Below are positions 23,140-34,400 of a stretch of DNA of 64,000 bases, in pieces. The stretch is from NCBI GenBank assembly GCA_965113315.1, contig OZ220375.1, one strand, 5' to 3'. The position numbers and the translations under genes were made by a program. How positions within the stretch are numbered: position 1 is the first letter of the stretch; each line of letters opens with the position of its first letter. The stretch is from Podarcis vaucheri (taxonomy: Eukaryota). The notes under the pieces were generated by a model, which saw only the letters and a list, made by a program, of their open reading frames with translations, had not been told where the DNA came from and searched no databases.

Positions 23140-26100
23140 CTGAAAGAAACATGGAAAGAGATAGAATTTGATGATCAAATTCTTGCTAATTGCAAATGAG
23201 TTGGTGGTTATATAAAAATTGCACTCAACATTAAGCCAATTCTTCATTTGCTTCTAGTTGCTTAGTTTATCTTGGGTCATTAGATCATGCTTGACGCAAT
23301 GGAGCTTGATGGGAAGTTTTCCTTCTGCACCTGAGTCTGGCAAACCACTCTAAGCTGAAACATTCCTTCCTAGAATGTTTAGTTCACATTGAGTTCATGG
23401 AACATTGTACCCTGACCTGTTCTTAATGCATGGTTGACCACATCTATGGAATGCGATGGTCATGCTCTTTTAAGTCTTACTATATCACTCAATAAAAAAA
23501 TTCCTTCCTGTAGCACCTTAAAGACCAACTAAGTTAGTTCTTGGTATAAGCTTTCGTGTGCATGCACACTTCTTCAGATACACTCAATAGTTATAGTTTA
23601 AGTCTTGCTATATCAATCACTAGTAATTGTTTAATATGAGGTCTTCACGCCTGTCCAATTCTGTGTTCCCTTTCCCAACCTTTAATCTATTGATGATTAA
23701 TGCCTATATGCAACCCTTGCATTGTATTTGTGTTAACCAATCAGCAACAAGCACATATGTGCCAATGCTGTAATATTCAATAAAAGGGAATCCCCAAGAC
23801 ATGCTCGAGAAATGCCTCCCATATGACACTTGTCACTCGTCTGTCGTTTATTTCAACCCAACAGGAGCTTACTGCCTAATTTGAATATACATATTAGACT
23901 GCCGCTTAATTGAAAGTCCTCTTGAGCAATACTGGAAGGCAGAAACCTATTTACACACTGTTCTTATTCACCACTTCTAAGTTGCCAATCATTTGATCCC
24001 TGTATAAAGGGGAAATAAGGTAACAAATCACCAATCTGGTTTGAAACCTTCCCTTCTGGACATGGAATACAATCATAGCAGCAAAATTGTTCTCCTTCCT
24101 TCGTTTTCTTCTGATAACCAGGCTGGCAGTGTTCATTACACAGAGAAAGGGGAGGCACCTGCTCTTAAACAGGAAAGGATTGCACTGGGAGTTTTTATTT
24201 TATTTTTACATTCTGCAAGTGCTAATCATCAGATTAAACAACAACAACAAAATTTGTTTAACAACAGCAGCAAAATTTTTCTCCTTCCTTCCTTTTCTTC
24301 TGATATCCTAGGTGGCAGTGCCCATTGCACACAGAAAGGCAAGCAACTAACTTTACAGAGGAAAGAAATTGTGATTGTGTGTTTTTATTTTTATTTTTGC
24401 ATCATGGAAGTGTCAATCATCTTTCATTCTTTTTTTAAAGGCCAATCAATCGGCCCCATAACTTTCCCCTGGAATGATGCTTTCTACCCAGCCACACCAT
24501 TGCTTCTTCTATTGCACTGTTGTTCACATCAACTAGCAGTCTAGTTCATTTGCATTCAAAGCATGGGCAGTTTCAAAGACATGCAGCAAAACTATGCAAT
24601 GAAAGAGAATGCTTGGAATACAATTGATACATCCAGCTGTGAAGCCACTTCCCTCACCCTCTATCCCCAGTAATGTGTAGATTCCACACCTTGTTAAAGC
24701 TCCTCTGCCAAACAATTAGATCTTCATTGATCATGAATCCATTTTCTTCAGGAGCTCTAGGATCTTCCACCCTTCCAACTTTCACAGGAAGGAAGGAATT
24801 GTTTGGAAACATGATCATGTTCATTATGTCAAATCCACCGCTCCTTTCCCCTTTTTCATTAAAGAACACTGTCTCTCCAGCTGAGTTGTTAAAGGAAATG
24901 TCTTGAAGATATGAGTGCATCTAGTTAAAAGAGAAGAACATAAAAAGAGACCAGAAACTAATGGAGCTTCTTTTGCAGGAGATATTTGTTACTGGGTACC
25001 CAAAGGACTGGATGAACTCCACCAGTAAGAAAAAGGACGATGTATTCACAAAAATACACCCTTCTTTCAGATCACTGGAAAATTTAACCAACCCTAAATT
25101 ATGTGGAATATAAAGAAGTAATAAAAGTAGAACAACCATTCCTACCTGATATTGTTTAGATAGTATCATCTGAGAAATGCAGAATATAAAAAGTGTGATA
25201 TTACATTATGGCAGGTGGAAAATTCATGAGACAGTAGCAGGTAAGATTCTTTTAAGTTTCAATAACAGGAGAAATGAAGAATCCACAAACCAACATCGGA
25301 TACCATGCTTAGCAGTCGTTACTAATAGATGCTTAATACTGGTTACCAATGGATGGATTGAATCAAACAAACTGAAAGAATACAGTTCACACACATTACC
25401 TGCCAAGGCTGCACTTCTGGAAGTTCAAACCTTTCTCTGCTCATCATTGATCTATAGTTGGATCGATATGAGTACATGACGTGAAGAGCATGGGCCACCA
25501 CATAGACAGCATTATAGATACTGTAGCTGTGGGCAGTCATGCGCATTTCAAACTGAGGCCCAGGAAGCCTTTCCAGAGTCTCTTCCCCAGTGCAGGTTTC
25601 ATGGCCTTCTATTGAGACATGGGATTTTGGAAGTTGACAGTCAAATGCTTTCTCCCAGAAGTCCATGAGAAATCCATCTCTCAAGCAACAATAAGGTTTT
25701 CTACTCTGAAGATATTCCTTGAACCCCAGAGGATCATTTGAGTGAATTGTGAAGCAAATGGCACCTTCAAAATGTTGAAGGTCCCAACCCCTTTGAAAGT
25801 CAAATAATATGAAATCAATCTCAGATGTCATAATCCACACTTTTCTAATTGATCTAAGTCCATCATTTGCAGGATCTCGCATAAATATAACAGTTCTCAG
25901 CCATGCGATTGCCAAAGATTCTCCATAGATTATAAATGTACTGACTGTATTATATGTGAATGCTGCATACAATCTCAAGTACGTCTCATACATTTCATCA
26001 ATACTATCTGAATGAGGTTCTTGTGGGATTCTCTCTGTGAAAGCTGCACAAATTCCATTCTGTCTAAGCAATGTCTCTATGTCATGCAAGAAAGATTCTC

Positions 26101-28000
26101 CACTGTTTCCATCATCTGCAAAGAGCCCAACCCACGTCCATCCAAAATGTTTAAGCAGTCTGATAATCCCTGTGTACTGAAGAGCTGAGTTGGGAACCAT
26201 GCAGTAAAAGGAACGGATAAGAATTGTGAGACTTTTCTCTGGAGGAAATGAGCCATAGATGACCTGGAAGAAATTTTGAAATACTGTAGAACTAGTTTTA
26301 GATTATATTTTTGTTTATATAGGTCTTCTGATTCAACAAATATTCTTTGAAGCAATCAATTGATATTATGAGAGTTGAATCCAAGTTATGGTAATATTAT
26401 ACACTTTCTGTGAGTTCTCATCCATCAAACTTTTTAATTATTATTAAGGAGCAGTCATGTATTGAAATTACAAGTACTTAATGGGGTTAGGGTTTCTTGG
26501 CACAAGCACCTGCCTATAACTCTGATTCACTTCAGGAATTTGAATTGTGATTTCCACATGGAGTGCACCTCTGCTGGGTTAGAATCCATGCCTAATCTTT
26601 TGTCATATCCATTCCATGTTTTGAAACACAAAATTACTTTTAAAATGGCAAGAGTAAAAAGGGTGGGCCAATGAGGGAATCCCAAAGCCGCATTGGTAGA
26701 CCTTACCTGTGGAATCTTGTAGTGGCCTGTGATCTCAGCCATTTGGAAAGAGGTATCAGCCCCCAATCCCCCAATGATGCTTAGGAGATTTTTTTGGCTG
26801 TCACATTTGTAGTTGGGGACAAACTTAGAGGATTTGAAAAGGAGTTCAAGAGTGCTATGGTAGGTCATCTTTGCATTGTAGTAGCTGTCATAGATATGGA
26901 ACCCGAGTGTGACATTCGTCAAGATCCTGGGATTCTCATTTATCTCTTTCACAGCAAATGCCAATGCAAGAACATGCTGATAGAACTTTGTCACCATACT
27001 GAAAGAAGAGCCCATTTTTAATTTCAGAGGAGGATTCTACAATGCATTAAATATGCTAATGTTGATAGTGGTCATTTCTTCCTCCGACTCATTTAGATTG
27101 TAATAAAACTATATTATTTTTTTGTCAGGTTTCTGAGGCAATTTAAACCTCCCTCTTCAGCTCAAATATAATTCAGGAAACCTAAAGGGATAGTTTTGAA
27201 ACACCACTTGTTTGTCCTTTGAGCTTTCCCATAAAGCAGAAAACAACAAAACATAGCTTTCAATTTTCTGCTTCCTGCCAAAATGTGTATAGTATTGACA
27301 TTTTTGTACAAAACGTATCAGAAATTTTGGTGCAGATGCTGATTAATTTTTATGAGTACTAATAAAAAAGCAGATTGATGTGCAAATTGGGGGAAACTAA
27401 TATTAAGACTCAAAAAATGAGAAACTTGGAGAATATGAATTGGACACATTTGCCAATGTCTATTATGAACCCAACATGGAGGTCTGAGTTCAGTTTTTCT
27501 AGGTTACAAACATGTAAAATTCAGCACACTGCAAAATATTTCCCACCACAACATCTTTGCACTAATACTTATCCATTTTTAATTTTTTTTAATAACTGTT
27601 CTTAGTTCCTCAACACAGACCCACCCAAATCCAAACTTCTATTAATAAAATTTTAAAACGCCTTTGCCCTGAATTGTGGCTCCCCTTTGTTATATTGATT
27701 ACTCCTGTGCTTTCTAGTGATTCATTGCATTGTTCTTTGTGAACCACACAAGGCAAGAAGATATAGACAGGGAAATGATGCTTACTATGCTGTGTCAAAG
27801 ACCTGCTGTGATGGCTGTTCTTTGAAGGAGACTTCATAGAGAGAGTAAATGATATGCGAAGCAATCCCACCAATGTGAAGGTCACCTGGCTCATACCATT
27901 CATGTAGAACAGGGAGGGAATCAGTCATTGGGCATTTCATAGTGTCTGCTTTGCCCACTACTGGAAGCAACAAAAGCAGCATCAGAAAGAACCGCAGCAT
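22238..28000 (-). CDS. V2R gene C, intact reading frame, 876 aa: complement(join(27786..28000,26707..26998,25400..26263,24690..24920,24032..24158,22238..23139))
   Basis: Exon sizes 215/292/864/231/127/902, GT-AG, phases compatible; exon 5 donor weakened to GTGATT. Confidence 0.9.
23495..23580 (-). mobile_element. Penelope-like fragment nested in the LTR
   Basis: Near-identical to 4103-4183; 9-bp flanking repeat CACTCAATA (23486-94, 23581-89). Confidence 0.8.
23544..23581 (-). ncRNA. Minimal hammerhead ribozyme motif, sense to gene C pre-mRNA
   Basis: GUAU CUGAAGA A GUGUG-CAUG-CACAC GAAA GC UU^AUAC; palindromic AAGCUU stem III. Confidence 0.72.
24032..24158 (-). CDS. V2R gene C exon 5 (Cys-rich)
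   Basis: gagcag|[43 protein letters not shown]|gtgatt; 127 nt. Confidence 0.9.
24266..24346 (-). pseudogene. Truncated, frameshifted duplicate of exon 5 (D-type) in gene C intron 4
   Basis: Same 81-nt remnant and same 1-nt deletion as 8523-8603. Confidence 0.88.
24690..24920 (-). CDS. V2R gene C exon 4
   Basis: aactag|MHSYLQD..SFNK|gtgtgg; 231 nt. Confidence 0.93.
25400..26263 (-). CDS. V2R gene C exon 3
   Basis: ttccag|[12 protein letters not shown]|gtaatg; 864 nt. Confidence 0.95.
26707..26998 (-). CDS. V2R gene C exon 2
   Basis: tttcag|[14 protein letters not shown]|gtaagg; 292 nt. Confidence 0.94.
27786..28000 (-). CDS. V2R gene C exon 1
   Basis: [21 protein letters not shown]|gtaagc; 215 nt. 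Confidence 0.9.
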
Positions 28001-28235
28001 CCTAGACTTCTTTTTACAACAGCGTATGGTGGATAGTGCCGGGTCCTGGCAATACAGCAGTTACTGAAGTGATATTACCAAGAAAATTTATGGGATCTGA
28101 AGGATTGCAAATGTGTGCCTTGATTAGTAACTGAAATTTCCAACACTCCGATATACAAGTGTGGCTGAGCAGATGGAGAAAAGCGAAAACTGTCTGATAG
28201 CAAACAGACAGAAATTTGGCCCCCTGCCTTTGGCC

Positions 28236-28390
28236 CCCTACTCCCAAGATCTCAATTTGGCTAAAGTATATTTATAACCACTTTCAGAATGGCTTCTTGA
28301 TTTCTTTCTCCTGACTTCTAGAAAGCATTTGGGATTTTCACCAGGGGAAGAGATCAAAGTCTTCTGGTTAATTACAGGGGGAATAATTAA
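28236..28390 (-). promoter_or_regulatory. Putative proximal promoter module of gene C (TATAAATA at 28276-28269)
   Basis: Homologous conserved upstream block. Confidence 0.5.
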
Positions 28391-29873
28391 GAGGCAGCTC
28401 TCTTCACTGGCACTCTTGGAAGCAAACATGTTATTTCTTTGCTTGAGGTCTGACCACAGCAATTCTCTGTTGTTGTTTTTAGGAGCACACACAGTGGCAG
28501 ATTTGTTACAGTAGGGATATGGAGAATGTGGTTGTGCTCATGATCTCTTTGTGGGCTTGTTAAGGCCATCTGGTTGGGCACTCCTAGAACAGAATGCTAG
28601 GTGGGATGGTCCTTTGCCTTGATTCTGACCTTGACATTATGTCCTTTTCCACTGATGTTTCCTGGACAATTATAAGGTGGGAAGGTGCTGTGTGATAGGC
28701 CTTGCCCATATTGCTCTGACCTGAGAGATCCCTCGCACTGTCTTTTTTGCCATGACTCCATCCTCTAGAAGTCCAGGTTCTCTACTGTTAAGCTAATATT
28801 CTAACTCATTCTCATTTCTGCAACCTCACCCCCCCTTACTCTACTAATTCAGCCATGGATTGCAGCTGAGAAACAAAGCACTGGGTGGAGGTGGGTTGAT
28901 GGAGAGAGAGGTGAATACCATGAAAAGAGATATAAACCTGATGCTCTTCAGTTGATTAGATATTGCAGCTCAGTAATGGGAAATTGTCATTTCTCATCAA
29001 CTGATGTAGAGGTGTGTGTGTGTAGGGAGTCATGCTTAATGGAGTATATAAACCCCATGCTGTTGCACTGAATGAAGCCTGAAGATTAGCACTGATGCAG
29101 CTCACTACATTTCCACTCTGTGTAATAAGGAGGGCTTGTGGATTATGCATATACAATGCTAGGTGTCTAGGTCCCATAAATTTACTAATTTATGGAGTTA
29201 GTAAGGTTGGTATTAATCAAGGTTTGAGTACAACTGTGACAAACACTGCTGGATTAAGTTTAGGATAACTAGTTTGATTTAGCTGGTTGGTATAAGGCAT
29301 TAAGAAACAAAGAATGAAATTGCCAGTCATTAGCCTATCAGTAGAAGCCATCAACCATGCAGGTGTCTTCCTAGCACAGAAGAAAAGGCCTATCTGCCCA
29401 GATTAAGATTGCTCAGGGCAACCAGCCGTTGTACAGCTCTGTAGAAGGAAGCAAAAGATGGTTCAGGTAATGTCCCAGCAACTCTCCCGAAATCTCTCTC
29501 ACACCACCAAGGTCCCTGGGAGATCACGTTTGGGGGCTGTGCACAGCTTTAATTTGGAGGGTTACAGCTTCTCCATCTCCAGATCAAGGGTTTGACATGG
29601 ACAGCTCTATTTTGCTTTCCTAGCTGGGAAATGAATACTGTGGCAGTGGGCAGCCAGGTATGATCAAGAACCACAAACTATTCTCATCTGCTTAAGATAT
29701 CCGCACCAAAGGGTGAAAATGTAGTGAGGTGCTTCACTACTGATCTTCAGAATTCATTCTGTGCAACAGCATCAGGTATATAATCTCCACATGCACACAT
29801 ACCTCAGTTCATGAGAAATGACCATTTCCCATAGCTGAGCTGCAGTATCTAATCAACTGAGGAGCACCAGGTT

Positions 29874-30350
29874 AAACTGTACTGGCTACCAAGTCATTTC
29901 TGGACCCAGTTCTAAGTGCTGGTTTTGACTTATAAAGCCTTAAAAGGCTCTGGACTGCGATACCGCAAGGACCGCCTCTTCCCATATGAACCTGTCCAGA
30001 CTCTGAGATCATCTTCTGAGGCCCTTCTTTGTGTGCTGCCTCCTGAGAGGTCTGGAGGGTGGCAACACAGGAATGGGCATTCTCTGCTGTGGCCCCCATC
30101 TGTGAAATGCTTTCCCTAGGGAAGTTTGCCTGGCGCCTTCATTATACAATTTTAGGCGCCAGACAAAAAGGCCTTTGGTTGACCTTATTGACATCCAACA
30201 CCCTTTTAGAATATGGTCCTTTGGGGTGGGAGTTATTGTGTTATTCTTTTTGGTTTGATTTTATATGTTGTGGTCTTGTTTGTGAACCACCCTGAGACCC
30301 CCAGCTATAGGGCTATGTATAAATTGAATAAATAATAATTATAATAATAC
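29874..30350 (+). mobile_element. L2-type LINE 3' fragment between C and D
   Basis: VLVLTYKALKG..FSAVAP; (AAT)n tail; interrupts the D-side homology to C upstream sequence. Confidence 0.75.
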
Positions 30351-30801
30351 ATTTATCCTTACTGTGATCATCTCTCTCTCCACCCCAGCCCCACCCAATG
30401 CTTTGTTTCTGAGCTGCAATCCATGACTATATTAGTAGACGGAGGGTAATGTTGCAGAGAGGAGACTGGGTTAGAATATTAGTTTAGCAACAGAGAACCT
30501 GGACTTCTAGAGGATGGAGTCATGGCAAAAAAGACAGTGCCAGGGATCTCTAAGGCCAGAACAAGGACAAGGTCAGAATCAAGGACCATCCCATCTAGAC
30601 TTCTTTTCTAGGAGTGCCCAACCTGATGGCCCTGAGAAGCTCACAAAGAGATCATGAGCACAACCACATTCTCCATATCCCTACTGTGACAAATTTGCCA
30701 CTGTTTGTGCTCCTAAAAACATAGAATTATTGTGGTCAGATCTCAAGCAAGAAAACAACATGTTTGCTTCCAAGAGTGCCAGTCGAGAGCCTTAGCTCTT
30801 A

Positions 30802-30961
30802 AGAAGTAATTATGTCCCCCTGTAATTAAACAGAAGACTATAATCTCTTCAACTGGTAAAAACTCCAACTGCTTTATAGAAGTCAGGAGAAAGAAATTAA
30901 GAAGCCATTCTGAAAGTGGTTATAAATATACTTTAGCCAAATTGAGATCTTGGGAGTAGGG
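30802..30961 (+). promoter_or_regulatory. Putative proximal promoter module of gene D (TATAAATA at 30921-30928)
   Basis: Homologous conserved upstream block. Confidence 0.5.
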
Positions 30962-31190
30962 GGCCAAAGGCAGGCAACTTTCTGTTAGTTTGTTTTCCAA
31001 CAGTTTCTGCTTTTCTTCATCTACTGAGCCACACTTGATATCAGAGTGCTGGCAATTTCAGCTACTAATCAAGGCACACATTTTAAGTTCTTCAGTTCTC
31101 AAAATTTGGCTTGTTCAATAGCTTCAATAGCTGCTGCATTGCCAGGACCCAGCACTGTGCACCATACCCTTATCTAAAAAGAAGTCTAGG

Positions 31191-31405
31191 ATGCTGTGTT
31201 TCTTTCTGATGCTGCTTTTGTTGCCACCCATAGTGGGCAAAGCAGACACTATGAAATGCCCAATGATTGATTCCCTCCCTGTTCTACATGAATGGTATGA
31301 GCCAGGTGACCTTCACATTGGTGGGATTGCTTCGCATATCATTTACTCTCTCTATGAAGTCTCCTTCAGAGAACAGCCATCACAGCAGGTCTTTGACACG
31401 GCATA
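31191..31405 (+). CDS. V2R gene D exon 1
   Basis: [21 protein letters not shown]|gtaagc. Confidence 0.9.
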
Positions 31406-34400
31406 GTAAGCATCCTTTCCCTGCCTATATCTTCTTGCCTTGTGTGGTTCACAAAGAACAATGCAATGAATCACCAGAAAGCACAGGAGTAATCAATCCA
31501 AACAAGGGGATCCACTATTCAGGGCAAATGTTTTTTAAAATGTTATTAATAAAAATTTGGATTTGGGTGGGTCTATGTTTGGGAAATGAGAACAGTTATG
31601 AAAATGATTTATTAAAAAATAAACACATATAAGTGCTAAAATGTTGTAGTGAGAAATGTTTTGCAGTGTGCTGAATTTTACATGTTTGTAACTGTATTGG
31701 GTTCATAATAGACATTGGCAAATGTGTCCAATTCATATTCTCCAAATTTCTCCTTTTTTGAGTCTTAATATTAGTTTTCCTCAATTTGCACATCAATTTG
31801 ATTTTTTTGATTAGTACTCATAAAAATTAATCACCATCTGCACCAGAATTTCTGATACCTTTTGCACAAAAATGTCAATATTATGCACATTTTGGCAGGA
31901 GACAGAAAGCTATGTCTTGTTGCTTTCTGCTTGGGAAAGCTCAGAGAACGAACAAGTGGTATTTAGAAACTATCCCTTTAGGTTTCCTGAAGTATATTTG
32001 AGCTGAAGAAGGAGGTTTAGATTACCTCAGAAACCTGACAATAAAATAATATAGTTTTATTACAATCTAAGTGAGTCGGAGGAAGAAATGACCACTATCG
32101 TTGCATGCACATTTAATGCATTGTAGAATTCTCCTCTGAAATTAAAAATGGGCTTTTCTTTCAGTATGGTGACAAAGTTCTATCAGCATGTCCTGGCCTT
32201 GGCATTTGCTGTGAAAGAGATAAATGAGAATCCCAGGATCTTGCCGAATGTCACACTCGGGTTCCATATCTATGACAGCTACAACAATGCAAAGATGACC
32301 TACCATAGCACTCTTGAACTCCTTTTCAAATCCTCTAAGTTTGTCCCCAACTACAAATGTGACAGCCAAAAAAATCTCCTAAGCATCATTGGGGGATTGG
32401 GGGCTGATACCTCTTTCCAAATGTCTGAGATCATAGGCCACTACAAGATTCCACAGGTAAGGTCTACCAATATGGTTCTGAGATCCCCACCCCCCACAAA
32501 TTTTACTCTTGCCATTCTAGGAGTAATTCTGTGTTTCAGAACGTGGAAGGAATATGACAGACATTGGGCATGGATTTTAACCCTGCAGGTGTGCACTCCA
32601 TGTGGAAATTACAAGTCAAATAGTTGAAGTAAATTAGAGATAGAGGCAGGTGCTTGTGCTTGAGAGCCAGTGTGGTGTAGTGGTTAAGAGCAGTAGTCTC
32701 GTAATCTGGGGAACCAGGTTCGCGTCTCCGCTCCTCCACATGCAGCTGCTGGGTGACCTTGGGCCAGTCACACTTCTTTGAAGTCTCTCAGCCCCACTCA
32801 CCTCACAGAGTGTTTGTTGTGGAGGAGGAAGGGAAAGGAGAATGTTAGCCGCTTTGAGACTCCTTCGGGTAGTGATAAAGCAGGATATCAAATCCAAACT
32901 CTTCTTCTTCTTCTTCTTCTTCTGCTTGGAGACCTGCCAAGAAACCCTAATCCCATTAAGTGCTTGTAGCTCCAATACAAGACTTCTCCTTAATAATAAT
33001 TTTAAAAGTGTGATGGATAAAAACTCACAGAAAGTGTATAATACAGTGGTACCTTGGGTTAAGAACTTAATTCGTTCTGGAGGTCCATTCTTACCCGGAA
33101 ACTGTTCATAACCTGAAGTACCACATTAGCTAATGGGGCCTCCCACTGCCACCGTGCCGCTGCTGCACGATTTGTGTTCTCATCCTGAAGCAAAGTTCTT
33201 AACCTGAGGTCCTATTTCTGGGTTGGGGGGGGGGGTTGTAACCTGAAGCGCCTGTAACTTGAAGTATCTGTAACCCGAGGTACCACTGTATTACCATAAC
33301 TTGGATTCAACTTTCATAAGATCAATTGATTGCTTCAAAGAATATTTGTTGTATCAAAAGACCTATATACACAAAAAAATAATCTAAAACTAGTTCTACA
33401 GCATTTCTTAATTTCTTCCAGCTCATCTATGGCTCATTTCCCCCAGAGAAAAGTCTCACAAGTCTTATCCGTTCCTTTTACTGCATGGTTCCCAACTCAG
33501 CTCTTCAGTACACAGGGATTATCAGACTGCTTAAACATTTTGGATGGACGTGGGTTGGGCTCTTTGCAGATGATGGAAACAGTGGAGAATCTTTCTTGCA
33601 TGACATAGAGATCTTGCTTAGACAGAATGGAATTTGTGCAGCTTTCACAGAGAGAATCCCACAAGAACCTCATTCAGATCGTATTGATGAAATGTATGAG
33701 ACGTACTTGAGATTGTATGCAGCATTCACATATAATACAGTCAGTACATTTATAATCTATGGAGAATCTTTGGCAATTGCATGGCTGAGAACTGTTATAT
33801 ACATGCGAGATCCTGCAGATCATGGACTTAGATCAATTAGAAAAGTGTGGATTATGACATCTGAGATTGATTTCATATTATTTGACTTTCAAAGGGGTTG
33901 GGACCTTCAACATTTCGAAGGTGCCATTTGCTTCACAGTTCACTCAAATGATCCTCTGGGGTTCAAGGAATATCTTCAGAGTAGAAAACCTTATTGTTGC
34001 TTGAGAGATGGATTTTTCATGGACTTCTGGGAGAAAGCATTTGACTGTAAACTTCCAAAATCCCATGTCTCAATAGAAGGCCGTGAAACCTGCACTGGGG
34101 AAGAGACTCTGGAAAGGCTTCCTGGGCCTCAGTTTGAAATGCGCATGACCGCCCACAGCTACAGTATCTATAATGCTGTCTATGTGGTGGCCCATGCTCT
34201 TCACGTCTTGTACTCATATCGATCCAACTATAGATCAATGATGAGCAGAGAAAGGTTTGAACTTCCAGAAGTGCAGCCTTGGCAGGTAATGTGTGTGAAC
34301 TGTATTCTTTCAGTTTGTTTGATTCAATCCATCCATCGGTAACCAGTATTAAGCATCTATTAGTAACGACTGCTAAGCATCTTGTTTGATGATGGTTTGT

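Larger units (their letters stand above)
23307..23863 (+). mobile_element. Solo LTR in gene C intron 5
   Basis: TGATGGG...CCCAACA termini; 6-bp TSD GGAGCT (23301-06, 23864-69); AATAAA near 23779; empty site caatggagcttactgcc in gene B (~8113). Confidence 0.85.
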
